The notes: generated from the sequence alone by a model not told the origin. Shown: positions 21,529 through 30,999, numbered from the stretch's first letter. The stretch: DNA of 64,000 bases from an uncultured Gammaproteobacteria bacterium (GCA_964535655.1 CAZHTP010000002.1:90054-154053), one strand, 5' to 3'. Program-made: numbers and translations.

Positions 21529-21605
21529 AATATATCTATAGTAAATGAGATAACTCACGTTATACAACAGTTAAAATTAATAGCAAAAAGTGATATAAAT
21601 AAAAT

Positions 21606-23180
21606 ATGTCAGAAAATGGAGAATATACAAAAATATCTGATCATATGATCGGAGTGAATGAAGTTGTTGAAAAAGATGCTGTTGATGATTGGAAAAGACA
21701 GCTCCACGGATTATCGTCTACTGCTCTAGTTGAAGAGTTTAATAGTGCCTTTATGTGGACCGATGCCGGGAGAACATTAGATTCCGGAGGTGTTGATCAC
21801 CTGGACTTAACAGAAAACGAACAGCACCGGGTGTTCCTTGCTCTTGAACTTATCAAAGCCGAGATGACAAAACGCGTTGATGCCGAACTTTCCGCAAAAA
21901 ATAAAACAAGGGCGCAGTTACTTAATGATTATTGGGGGCAAGGTAAAATAGATAATGAAGAACGCAGTGCAATACTTAATTATGGTCAAGCTGAGAATGC
22001 TCCGCGCGAACTATTAAACTACATTATCGTTTCTGAATTAGGGCGTGAAGAAGAACAAGCGAACCAAAAGAGTAAGGAAACCACTTATCATGCAAAGTTA
22101 ATAAAAAGCGTAACCAGAATGGCTGCCTCGGTTGTAGGTGGATTAAGCGTAATCGCTGCACTTGGAATGGCAACTACTCCACCAGTTGATCCCAGGATGG
22201 CAAGACAATCTGTAGATACACCAGAAAAATCACCATCGCCAGCTCCAACCGTGATACCAACGGAAGTGTTTACGATTACTTCAACACCCACTCGAACACC
22301 CGAACCAACAAGCGCTCCAAGCCCGACAGGAACCCCAGAACCTACACCTCATGCAATCACAGCAGAACAATATCTTATACAAACTGCCACCGCACTTCCC
22401 CCATCCGAAAGGAATACTTTAGTGCACAGTGAAGTATTTAGCAAAGAACAGATTCACGAGATCAAAAGAAGCAGTTACCAAGTGTTTATCGATAACGGTG
22501 GATGTTCAACAACAGTAATTGACAGGGACCATGAAAATATCACCTTATTGCTTGCTCGACACTGCTTCGTTTTCAGCATGAATAAAGATTTTTACATTCG
22601 AGAAAATCCTACAGTACTCCTTATTAATCCTGAAACTGGCGAGCAGACAAATATTCAAGTTGATGTTGATGGAATAATCTATAAACCAGGAAGATACGCA
22701 AGAGATGTTGCCTTAATCGTAGGAAAACTCGCTAATCCCAAATTTATTGCGCCTCCGTTCCCTAAGTCCAGAATTCTCTCAGACTATGCATTTAGTCCAG
22801 GTCAAGATACGCTTGTGACTGGATACCCTGCAATTTTAAATCAAGCAGGTCCAAGTCAAATTCGTTTTCTAACGGGAGAGGGCAAGTTTACTAAAAATCA
22901 GGACGTTGCTGAGTTGGGGGCCCCGGCTAAAGAAATGCAGTCTTTTATGTTTGAGCAAACACAAGAAATTTATACACCGATGGGTCCAGGTGCTAGTGGC
23001 GGAAGTGATTATGTAGTAATAGATGGAAAAACATATATCGTAGGGGTCAATTCTTATACTAATGTCGCGCTTATCAAGTATGATGGAACAATTCTTGATC
23101 CCATTCATGCCGGAATAAGTAATATTCCAGCCGAGTATTTAAACCAAGCCGAAGCAAAAATGAAGGCATTAAAGAAGTAA
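21606..23180 (+). CDS. Membrane-anchored trypsin-like serine protease
   Basis: LARHC, RDVAL and GASGG triad motifs after a TM and PT-rich linker. Confidence 0.75.
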   Translation: MSENGEYTKISDHMIGVNEVVEKDAVDDWKRQLHGLSSTALVEEFNSAFMWTDAGRTLDSGGVDHLDLTENEQHRVFLALELIKAEMTKRVDAELSAKNKTRAQLLNDYWGQGKIDNEERSAILNYGQAENAPRELLNYIIVSELGREEEQANQKSKETTYHAKLIKSVTRMAASVVGGLSVIAALGMATTPPVDPRMARQSVDTPEKSPSPAPTVIPTEVFTITSTPTRTPEPTSAPSPTGTPEPTPHAITAEQYLIQTATALPPSERNTLVHSEVFSKEQIHEIKRSSYQVFIDNGGCSTTVIDRDHENITLLLARHCFVFSMNKDFYIRENPTVLLINPETGEQTNIQVDVDGIIYKPGRYARDVALIVGKLANPKFIAPPFPKSRILSDYAFSPGQDTLVTGYPAILNQAGPSQIRFLTGEGKFTKNQDVAELGAPAKEMQSFMFEQTQEIYTPMGPGASGGSDYVVIDGKTYIVGVNSYTNVALIKYDGTILDPIHAGISNIPAEYLNQAEAKMKALKK

Positions 23181-23183
23181 ATT

Positions 23184-23663
23184 TTAATAATTTCCAACAT
23201 TATCAGGAATTCTTAATCCTAGATCATACTCTGTTTCATGGCATGCCACAGGAATTCCGTGGCAATAATTGCGTGAGGTGTCAATACCTTGTACAGCGCT
23301 TCTAAAACCTATGCAAGTGCAAGTGTGGCCTTTAGTACTCATAAATCCACTATCTCCAGACGGCTTTGGAAAAATAAATGCTATGAAGAGCAAGAGAAAA
23401 ATTATTTTATAAAGCCTTTTGCTAAGTTTACCTAATATGATAAACATGAGCGTATTAAATACTATGAATTCGAGCAAAACGTAATTAAGTAATTCTCCAC
23501 CGATAAAAATAGTTAGGGTATAAACAACTATACCCGGTATAAGCGTAGCGAGCCCCTTCTCCAGATATGAATTTTTGATTTTAGGTGTTACAGCACTGAT
23601 GCCGTAAAAAATTACTGATAAAATAAAGATACTTGGCACAATAGCCGGCTCAAGAAGGTTCAT
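23184..23663 (-). CDS. Hypothetical membrane protein with Cys-rich C-terminus
   Basis: 4 TM segments; CTCIG..YCHG..C. Confidence 0.6.
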   Translation of the reverse strand: MNLLEPAIVPSIFILSVIFYGISAVTPKIKNSYLEKGLATLIPGIVVYTLTIFIGGELLNYVLLEFIVFNTLMFIILGKLSKRLYKIIFLLLFIAFIFPKPSGDSGFMSTKGHTCTCIGFRSAVQGIDTSRNYCHGIPVACHETEYDLGLRIPDNVGNY

Positions 23664-23733
23664 AAAAAAAGCATAAAATAGCTTTGAATTATTTTCAAGT
23701 ACAATTGTCAGGTGAAAAACTGAAGTGTATAAA

Positions 23734-23838
23734 AGTAGGCTCAAGTTACCACAGTTTCAACACCTCAGCAATGATATCTTTTTGGTTGAATCTATTGTGA
23801 ATGCAGCTAATCGAGGCTGGGTATCTCTGCCTGCGTAG
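23734..23838 (+). other. Start-less alternative C-terminal segment of the tRNA-Glu LSR
   Basis: SRLKLPQFQHLSNDIFLVESIVNAANRGWVSLPA*; begins at the core in the LSR frame; its stop abuts the convergent XRE gene stop at 23839. Confidence 0.75.
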
Positions 23839-24048
23839 TTAAAAATCAAACAACTCTTTCAACTTCACATCCAACGCATTAGCCAATTTCCAGATCGTGC
23901 GAAGCATCGGTTCTCTATGACCATTTTCAATCTCGTTGACTGAGGTAATATCTATTTTTGCTTTCAGCGATAGGTCAAGTTGTGTCATCTTCTTTTGCTC
24001 TCGTAGTTTTCGCATGCGAGCACCAAAGCGTTCAGTGATTGTAGCCAT
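23839..24048 (-). CDS. XRE/Cro-C1 HTH regulator
   Basis: RMRKLREQKKMTQLDLS..IENG..EP..IWKLANALDV. Confidence 0.9.
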   Translation of the reverse strand: MATITERFGARMRKLREQKKMTQLDLSLKAKIDITSVNEIENGHREPMLRTIWKLANALDVKLKELFDF

Positions 24049-24144
24049 AGCACGTTAATACCTCTTGCTGTGACTATGGCACCCATGCCATACTACGTCT
24101 GTGGCAAGGACGCCAAATAGTGAGCTAGGTATGAGCGTGGTTTT

Positions 24145-24696
24145 ATGAAAAGTAAGAAGAAACTATTTCTCGTTTTCGTGTGTGCAACATTGTTCAGCTA
24201 TGCTATTCGTGTGGGTGCAGATATCATCCGACCGTCGTTTAATCTTGCGTCGGACTATTGCTTGTTTGTTGACGTGGTACGCACTGAGTATAACGAAGAG
24301 ATTGGCGAAGAATACGATGTGGAAGAATGTACTGTCTTTAAGAATGATGTCGAACGTCAGAAGTATTATTATAACCGAGCCCTTGCGAGTCAAAATGGAG
24401 GTGGATTGTTTCTTTTGACGATGTTGGGTAGCGGTCTTTTTGGACTTTTGGTTGTACGTCTTTTGTTTCCCACCCAAGAGCGAACAGCGATTATCGGAAG
24501 TCCCTTTTTTGCAGTGGTTGTGATCGGCTCTATAAGTACCGTGGGAGCCTTTATGTTGTCCTATATTCTACCTGCACCCTCAAGCCATCTGCCTTTTATC
24601 GAATACCAGCATCAACGATGGAGTGATGAAATGGAGGTTCAACTTGAACAAAGAGTAGTAACTATTAACGAAGATGGAGTTATTACACGTCAATGA
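24145..24696 (+). CDS. Hypothetical membrane protein
   Basis: Three hydrophobic segments. Confidence 0.6.
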   Translation: MKSKKKLFLVFVCATLFSYAIRVGADIIRPSFNLASDYCLFVDVVRTEYNEEIGEEYDVEECTVFKNDVERQKYYYNRALASQNGGGLFLLTMLGSGLFGLLVVRLLFPTQERTAIIGSPFFAVVVIGSISTVGAFMLSYILPAPSSHLPFIEYQHQRWSDEMEVQLEQRVVTINEDGVITRQ

Positions 24697-24730
24697 AAAG
24701 GCATAATACAAACTATTGAAAGGAACACTC

Positions 24731-24952
24731 ATGACCAACTATTTGAACATGCGAACCCATCCATTTACTGCCTATACCATTCTGCTAGTGATAGGCTTAG
24801 TTATTGGAGGACTGATTGGCAACATTCTGATCTTAATAGGAACGTTTGGGCTAATAGGTGCCGTGTGGCGAAAGATGCTTCCAAAAAGAAAGCCAGATAT
24901 AATACCGATCCAAAAGACTACTAATAGTCCTAACCCGTCAGATGAAAAGTAG
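24731..24952 (+). CDS. Small membrane protein
   Basis: SD AAGGA; hydrophobic hairpin. Confidence 0.5.
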   Translation: MTNYLNMRTHPFTAYTILLVIGLVIGGLIGNILILIGTFGLIGAVWRKMLPKRKPDIIPIQKTTNSPNPSDEK

Positions 24953-25166
24953 TCACAAAAAGATACTCCTAATCGTAACCATCCTTACAGTATTGTGCTT
25001 GGTGTACTCCATTCGGGCTGTATACGTAAGTAATATGTGTAAGGAAGAGATATACAAAATGCCTACTGAACAAAGCGAGTATGATGATTTTATAGTTGGT
25101 GCAGACTTTATGCTCACAACATGCTTGAAAGAGCAGTATGTCGTACCGCTTGAGATGTTCAAGTAG
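24942..25166 (+). CDS. Small membrane-anchored protein with a Cys pair
   Basis: Basic N-terminus plus TM; overlaps the previous stop. Confidence 0.5.
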   Translation: MKSSHKKILLIVTILTVLCLVYSIRAVYVSNMCKEEIYKMPTEQSEYDDFIVGADFMLTTCLKEQYVVPLEMFK

Positions 25167-25313
25167 TGGTAACGGAGAGATTATTGGTACAAAATATTGT
25201 GTAACTTTGTCGTCTAGCTGCATGAATGTAGTAGTATATGGGGTGAGCGAGTCGTAAAAATGAATACATTATATATCCAATATAAATAACCTATAGTATT
25301 TTTATTAAAGATG

Positions 25314-25723
25314 TGCTATACTGCCTTTTGCTCATAGAGTCACTAGGCTCACTTTCTAGCGTAACTGACTTTGTTGAGCGTAAGCTTTTAGAATGAGCTT
25401 AAGTACCTTAACAATAATTTAGTGGGGAAGATTGGGGTTTTGAGCTTGCATAGCCAAATAGACGCTTAAACATCGTCTTAAAGGCAAAGCATATAAGTTC
25501 AAAGCTCCAACAATTCCCTACTATCTAATGTAAGCAATAGAGAGAATAACTTCCACACTAGTTGGGACATTTGAGGTAAAAACTGCCTGTTTCTATCTGA
25601 AATGTCCCGAATAGTGAAAGGAGTGCCATGTAAGATGGTTTTGGAAAGGTAGCATAAATGCTACTCAAGTGACGCAAGTTGCTTGAACGTAATTCTTTAA
25701 CCACCTACTAAGGAGAACTAACC
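25314..25723 (+). promoter_or_regulatory. Extended -10 promoter and about 400-nt structured leader with boxA-like motifs
   Basis: TGcTATACT 25314-25322; hairpins 25330-25379, 25420-25523, 25556-25616, 25649-25664, 25665-25686; GTACCTTAACAA 25403-25414; SD AAGGAG 25710-25715. Confidence 0.65.
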
Positions 25724-26155
25724 ATGCGTAAGTACGCCATCCTGTTCGCTCTGCTGGCCGCCCTGCTCGGGTTCATCAACACCGCCAACGCCGCCCCGGC
25801 TGAGTGCCGCCGCTGGACCTACACGCAGGACGCCGTGGACAACAAGCCCATCGCCACCGGCATCGAGCTGTTCAACCAGCAGTCGATCAGCATGACCTCG
25901 CCTGAGACGGGAGCCGTCCTTCGGTTCCGCAGCCTCAAGCCCTTCAGCGTGAATGGCGGCGAGGCCACCTGGACAGAGATCGCCCCCGGCGTCTTCACCT
26001 GGCAGTACGTCTACTACTTCCCCAAGGGGCACACCTACCGCATGAAGATCACGAACGTCGACGCCCGCGTCATCCCAACCATCCTGCCGGACGGCCCTGG
26101 CCGCGGCATCACCTGGACCAAGTGGTCGGCCCAATGCGGGGACTATCAGCAGTAG
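25724..26155 (+). CDS. Secreted beta-rich protein with extreme GC3
   Basis: Signal peptide (..TANA/AP); about 12 of 143 codons end in A/T by hand count. Confidence 0.8.
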   Translation: MRKYAILFALLAALLGFINTANAAPAECRRWTYTQDAVDNKPIATGIELFNQQSISMTSPETGAVLRFRSLKPFSVNGGEATWTEIAPGVFTWQYVYYFPKGHTYRMKITNVDARVIPTILPDGPGRGITWTKWSAQCGDYQQ

Positions 26156-26184
26156 CAACTGCTAAGTCTCCACACTAGCTGACC

Positions 26185-26285
26185 CTACCTCTCTACTGCT
26201 TACCGCAGACAACGTTTTAAGTTGTGGTCGCCAATTGGCACCATGATTTTAAGATGACGTTTGCGATAAGATAGTAGGGAGGTAG
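26185..26285 (+). other. About 100-nt imperfect hairpin 3' of the high-GC gene
   Basis: CTACCTCTCTACT..AGTAGGGAGGTAG outer stem, with inner CGCAGAC/GTTTGCG and GTTGTGGT/ACCATGAT pairings. Confidence 0.7.
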
Positions 26286-26387
26286 TTATACAGTCAACGA
26301 ATCTGTATCTGATGAAGGCAAAATGAAGCCGAAACTACCAACTCAACTAACGTTAGTTCACGAAAAAAAACAACGGCGAAAAAAGTT

Positions 26388-26432
26388 AACACACAAACAA
26401 AGCAACCAAACACCACAACCACCCACCAACCC
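26388..26432 (+). repeat. A/C-only low-complexity tract
   Basis: 45 nt with one G and no T. Confidence 0.7.
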
Positions 26433-26756
26433 TCTGTTATTTATTCTCAACTAGCTATGTGTTCATGCTATTAATAAAACACAATCGTTTGATCGAGTTT
26501 TCCCCAACATTAACATTCAGACCATACAAAAAAGGCTCCTTTTGTGGAGCCATCTTTTGCGTCTTGGTTGTAAGATCTGTAGTTATAATACAGCCTATTG
26601 TTGCTGTATGTCAAACATGGATGGGCGTGATTTGCATTACATGATGTCTCATAGTTATCATCACAGTATTATTATCATGGTTGATAGGAGACGTGGAATG
26701 TTTTGGTTTAGCGGAAGCACTCTGGAGGAGATCACTGCTGTACACGAATTGGTTGT

Positions 26757-28367
26757 ATGGGTCGATCCCTCAAAGATCGTGCGAGTCTATACATCGCACA
26801 CAAGTACAGTGGATTAGTGGAGTATGAGATCTTATGGTTACTACTCCGTACTCGTTTAGAGCGTGAGCCTGAGCTCTTTGAAGTGGCACTCACCTACATG
26901 ACACTACTCCAAGAGTTTAAAGTTGAGCAAGGCTATCCGGATATTTTTACCAGTGCTCCTTTAATTTATGCGTTCATGACAGGTAATGACACAAGGCAGT
27001 ACAGCAAGTCTGGTAACGAGTTTGTTGCTAGTTTTACACCAGTAGTTAAACTGCTGATAGAGAAACAGGTCTTCCAACGATCTAGTTTGTACTACACTTT
27101 CAACAAGGCAGATAAACCTAATCAAGCACGATCTTTCCGGTTAACACCGAAGTTCTACCAATGGTTTAAGAATGTCTTAAGAAGGGAGATGGAACAGGGT
27201 AAGCTATTGAGCCACATGTTTAGTAAAGTGGCCTCAAAACGCACTACACAAGGCGACGGATGGGGTCACAACATCTCCAGGGTGCATCCACACCTGCAAA
27301 CGATGTATCACAAGTTACAAGCGGCTACGTTTGTGATTGACGTAGAGAAAGTGAACGATCTACTCGACATTACAGAACTTATCCGAGACGATAGTGGAGT
27401 TTTACATTTCTCACGCATGGTCAGTATTCGCCATGGATTATCCACGATTGCACTCACAAATACACCACAGCACCACGACAAGATTCATCTCCAACGATCG
27501 GGCAGACGGCACACGAAAGGTGGCTTACAAGCACTACCAAAAGAAGTCAGACGTGCAATCTTAAAACCCAATCAAGCAGGTCATGTATTGGTTGACTATG
27601 ATCTGGACTGTTGCCAGTTATTGCTTGCAGCGAAAGAACTTCACGCACAAAAGCTTATAGCCAAGATCACTGCTATAGTTGAGCGAGGCAGAGGTATTTG
27701 GAAGGCGATGAATATTCCAGTCTCAAAGACACACTTAAAAAAGGCAGTGTATGCACTGGTGTTTATGTGTCCCAAAGGACGAATCGTTGAATCAGTTAAA
27801 AACGAGATGGGAGATGCTGCGTTTACAACAGAACATCTCGAACAGCTGATCAGCTTCTTGGAAGATTTATACCCGCTGCGAGAGAAATGGAAAGCAAACA
27901 ACCGACAGGATTCGATTATCCGACATGAAGGCGAGAAAAACGAGCTTGGCTTAAAGTTTCATCTTGAAGAGGTTGGTAAACATGCGTTTAGTGGTGATCA
28001 ATATGCTGAATCCTACTTGCCCACCTATCGCAAGAGCCCGCAGAGCCAATACTTTGCGTGGAAGATGCAGAGCCGAGAGCAGTTCATCATTACCAGTCTT
28101 ATATCAACTCATGTCGATTATTTAATAGTCTGTGATTGCCATGATGGATTCCTACTCTCCATTCCAAAAGAGGAGGTGCACACAGCTACACAAGCTTACA
28201 GAACATTTCTCAAAGACAACTATGGCATGTATCTGAAAGGTGAAGTTTGGGAGGATGGGCAAGTTATTCCTGTCGATGAGTATGTAGACAACGATGAACA
28301 ATCGTTTGTTTTGCCAGTACCGACTTTCCAGAGTGTAGTACCTGCTTTTACCGGGGGTGGGGTATAA
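26757..28367 (+). CDS. Family-A (PolA/T7-like superfamily) polymerase-like protein, no exonuclease domain evident
   Basis: GR..LQALPKEVR; motif A LVDYDLDCCQL; motif B KTHLKKAVYALVF; MQSRE; motif C HDGFLL. Confidence 0.7.
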   Translation: MGRSLKDRASLYIAHKYSGLVEYEILWLLLRTRLEREPELFEVALTYMTLLQEFKVEQGYPDIFTSAPLIYAFMTGNDTRQYSKSGNEFVASFTPVVKLLIEKQVFQRSSLYYTFNKADKPNQARSFRLTPKFYQWFKNVLRREMEQGKLLSHMFSKVASKRTTQGDGWGHNISRVHPHLQTMYHKLQAATFVIDVEKVNDLLDITELIRDDSGVLHFSRMVSIRHGLSTIALTNTPQHHDKIHLQRSGRRHTKGGLQALPKEVRRAILKPNQAGHVLVDYDLDCCQLLLAAKELHAQKLIAKITAIVERGRGIWKAMNIPVSKTHLKKAVYALVFMCPKGRIVESVKNEMGDAAFTTEHLEQLISFLEDLYPLREKWKANNRQDSIIRHEGEKNELGLKFHLEEVGKHAFSGDQYAESYLPTYRKSPQSQYFAWKMQSREQFIITSLISTHVDYLIVCDCHDGFLLSIPKEEVHTATQAYRTFLKDNYGMYLKGEVWEDGQVIPVDEYVDNDEQSFVLPVPTFQSVVPAFTGGGV

Positions 28368-28534
28368 CTTTTTTAGGAGCGGTACCTGTTTTGTGCGAGA
28401 GCGGGTTTGTTGTATATATAATGTCGGCCCCTTTAACCCTTTTTTCTACAGAGGGGGTGTAGGTGCAAGGTTGCCACTGGCCAAACGTCTACTCAATGCT
28501 ATACTATAGTTGAAAGTAGTGACTCTTGGGAGGT

Positions 28535-28720
28535 ATGAACCTCTTATTAACCAAGAGCACAAGTAAACAACCTACTATCGCCCAACTTCGTGAACTTCTT
28601 GGGCAAGATTATGCATCACTCCCCGACAGTGATGTTGTAGCTTTGTGGGAACATGTACTCTCCCTCACAGAGGCTTTATACCAAACAGGATTACATCTAT
28701 ATTATAAGAAAGGACAGTGA
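28535..28720 (+). CDS. Small helical protein heading the recombinase operon
   Basis: TATACT promoter, SD GGAGG, overlaps the next ORF. Confidence 0.6.
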   Translation: MNLLLTKSTSKQPTIAQLRELLGQDYASLPDSDVVALWEHVLSLTEALYQTGLHLYYKKGQ

Positions 28721-28722
28721 AT

Positions 28723-29157
28723 ATGAACGCTGTTATTTACACTCGTTGTGCCGTTGAAGATAGTTTAGACATGCAGGAAAAAGCGTGTCGTCAATATGCT
28801 GAGTTGCAAGGCTACCAAGTAGTCAAAACTTATTCTGATAATGGTGTGTCGGGGCTTACATCTAATCGGGTAGGGTTGCAAAACTTATTACAGGAAATCG
28901 ATAAGGGATCAACAGTTATCGCTTACGATGATACTCGGTTGGCAAGATCTGTTGAGGAGATGCACCAGTTGTATAAGATTTTTGTACAGAAAGATGTTGA
29001 TGTTCATTTGGTTAAAGCAGGTTGTTTTCCGAAGAGTCCAACCGACAAATTAGCGTTTTACCTTACCGATTTAGTAAGAAGCTTTGATAACAATATTCGC
29101 TCGGAGAGAATAAAACGTGGTCTGCGAGCTAAGAAAAACAAAGGGCTTACAAACTAG
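28723..29157 (+). CDS. Stand-alone resolvase catalytic domain lacking the catalytic Ser
   Basis: YTRCAV instead of YxRVST; D.GVSG..R.GL and RLAR retained; no DNA-binding domains. Confidence 0.8.
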   Translation: MNAVIYTRCAVEDSLDMQEKACRQYAELQGYQVVKTYSDNGVSGLTSNRVGLQNLLQEIDKGSTVIAYDDTRLARSVEEMHQLYKIFVQKDVDVHLVKAGCFPKSPTDKLAFYLTDLVRSFDNNIRSERIKRGLRAKKNKGLTN

Positions 29158-29181
29158 CTCAAGCCGGGATATAAAATAGGC

Positions 29182-30711
29182 ATGAATGCGATCATCTATA
29201 CCAGAGTTTCAACAGATGAACAAGTTAAGGGATTTAGCTTGGGTACTCAGCTAAAGGACTGTCGGGAGTTCTGTGAGTCAAAGGGCTGGACTGTAGTTGA
29301 CGTCTTTCAAGAAGAGGGTGAAAGCGGCACTACTGACAATAGACCTGAACTGAAACGAATGCTTGCGTATCTACAGAAGCATCGAGGTTTAATCCAGTAT
29401 GTTGTAGTCTGGAAGATTGATCGCATTTCACGCCTAATGAAAGACCATTTCAAGATAACGGAGCTTATCGAGGAATGTGGTAGTGTGGTTGTGAGTAAAA
29501 CCGAGTCTTTCGATAAGACACTGTCAGGAGAGCTACAGCAGCGGATACTACAGGTGTTTAGTGAGTATGACAATAAAGTACGAGCTGAGCGATCAGTCAC
29601 AGGTACAAGAGGCGGATTAGAGAATGGTATCTGGATGAGAGGCATTCCAACAGGTTATAAAGGTAGAGATGCTCACAAAGTGCCTTTAGTTGATCCTATC
29701 ATGGGACCAATACTTGCGGATATTCTGGTTACTTTTTCTCGGGGTAATCATGAAGTAAAGCAGATAACGGAGCTTGCGAAACAAAGAGGATTGCTGACTC
29801 CTAAAGACGAAGAGGTTTCCGATAAGACCATGCATAAAATACTTCGTAACCCTTTTTACTATGGTTGGCTGTCGATGCAAGGTAAAAAGATACAGTATGG
29901 CGGGTATGGCAAACACCAGCCTTTAATAGACAAAGACACGTTCTTTAAGATTCAGTCGGCTATGCTCAGTCATAACAACAGATCAAACACACGTCATCGT
30001 AATAGAGAGGAGTTCCCTCTTAAGAAGTTGTTGAGGTGTGGTGTTTGTGGAGGAGATTTAACAGCTGGTTCATCCCCTAACAAAAAGAAAGTACTCTACT
30101 GGTATTATCACTGCCAAAAGTCTGAGCATCTACGTATTCCAAAAGATCTCATAGAGAAGCAGTTTGAAACTATGTTGGAGCGTATTCGTCCTACCGAAGG
30201 GATATTGAACCTATTTCGTTTGGCCATTAGAAACTTGGTCAATGAGCGAATGGGTGATGCGATAACTAATGTTCAACGAGTTGATAAGGAGCTGACAGCA
30301 CTCCGTGATGAAAAAAACGGATACGTGAGGATGAGAGCGAGAAACGAGCTTGATGAAGCATTGTTCTTTCAAATGCTGAGAGAGGTTGATGCTAAGATCA
30401 ACAAAAAAGAGATGATTCGTGCTGAGATGCGAGAGGAAGAAGTTGATATTGATAAGCTATTAGCTCTCTATGAAAGCCTTTTCAAAAATGTGGCGATGTG
30501 GTGGAGAGAAGCACCGCTAGAGTATAAGCAACAGATGCAACATCTGGTATACCCAAAAGGCATAACAGTTATGTCGAAGCTTGGAGAAATACAACACCCT
30601 GAATTAGGCTTAGCGTTCGCAATAGTTGATTCTTTGCGAAGTGGTAGTGCCTTGAGTAGCCCCGAGGGGAATCGAACCCCTGATCTCCAGGATGAGAACC
30701 TGGCGTCCTAG
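29182..30711 (+). CDS. Large serine recombinase/integrase; last 17 aa encoded by antisense tRNA-Glu
   Basis: YTRVST, DRISR, recombinase domain (ILRNPFYYG), zinc ribbon CGVC..YYHC, coiled coil. Confidence 0.93.
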   Translation: MNAIIYTRVSTDEQVKGFSLGTQLKDCREFCESKGWTVVDVFQEEGESGTTDNRPELKRMLAYLQKHRGLIQYVVVWKIDRISRLMKDHFKITELIEECGSVVVSKTESFDKTLSGELQQRILQVFSEYDNKVRAERSVTGTRGGLENGIWMRGIPTGYKGRDAHKVPLVDPIMGPILADILVTFSRGNHEVKQITELAKQRGLLTPKDEEVSDKTMHKILRNPFYYGWLSMQGKKIQYGGYGKHQPLIDKDTFFKIQSAMLSHNNRSNTRHRNREEFPLKKLLRCGVCGGDLTAGSSPNKKKVLYWYYHCQKSEHLRIPKDLIEKQFETMLERIRPTEGILNLFRLAIRNLVNERMGDAITNVQRVDKELTALRDEKNGYVRMRARNELDEALFFQMLREVDAKINKKEMIRAEMREEEVDIDKLLALYESLFKNVAMWWREAPLEYKQQMQHLVYPKGITVMSKLGEIQHPELGLAFAIVDSLRSGSALSSPEGNRTPDLQDENLAS

Positions 30712-30730
30712 GCCGCTAGACGACGGGGCC
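30657..30730 (-). tRNA. tRNA-Glu(CTC)
   Basis: GGCCCCG..CGGGGCT; CCAGG-TTCTCAT-CCTGG. Confidence 0.95.
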
Positions 30731-30801
30731 ATATGTATCAGTTTCCGCAATTATACAAAAATCGCTCGAATATATCAATTGAATGGTATAATAAGCTCAA
30801 T

Positions 30802-30999
30802 ATGCATGAGCAGCCATGCCAAACGCTGTGGGACGTTAACTATGCCCCACAAAAAGACCATACTTCAGTAGTAGCCTATATCGCAGGTTTTTTCGTAATA
30901 CTACTTCCGTTACTTCCATTTTTAATTGGAGCGTCCTTACACGACTTAAGTGCAGCAATAAGTATCGCCTATTTCTGTACGGTTACCGCTCTGGTTTAA
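30802..30999 (+). CDS. Small membrane protein
   Basis: TATAAT just upstream of the ATG; two TM segments. Confidence 0.5.
   Translation: MHEQPCQTLWDVNYAPQKDHTSVVAYIAGFFVILLPLLPFLIGASLHDLSAAISIAYFCTVTALV

Larger units (their letters stand above)
23734..30659. mobile_element. 6.9-kb integrative element at the 3' end of tRNA-Glu(CTC)
   Basis: Core AGTAG at 23734-23738 and 30655-30659; the LSR reads into the tRNA; an in-frame tail segment lies at the left end. Confidence 0.85.

Noticed and set aside
25718-26158. 146-aa antisense ORF
   Set aside because: Expected shadow of a very high-GC3 gene; the plus strand has the SD and signal peptide
25330-26358. Long hairpins as integron attC sites
   Set aside because: No integron integrase in the window, ends lack clear RYYYAAC/GTTRRRY boxes, and G-U bias favours RNA structure
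26757-28367. Retron/DGR/DRT reverse transcriptase with ncRNA
   Set aside because: No YxDD or RT motifs; motifs are family-A type; no TR/VR repeat pair seen
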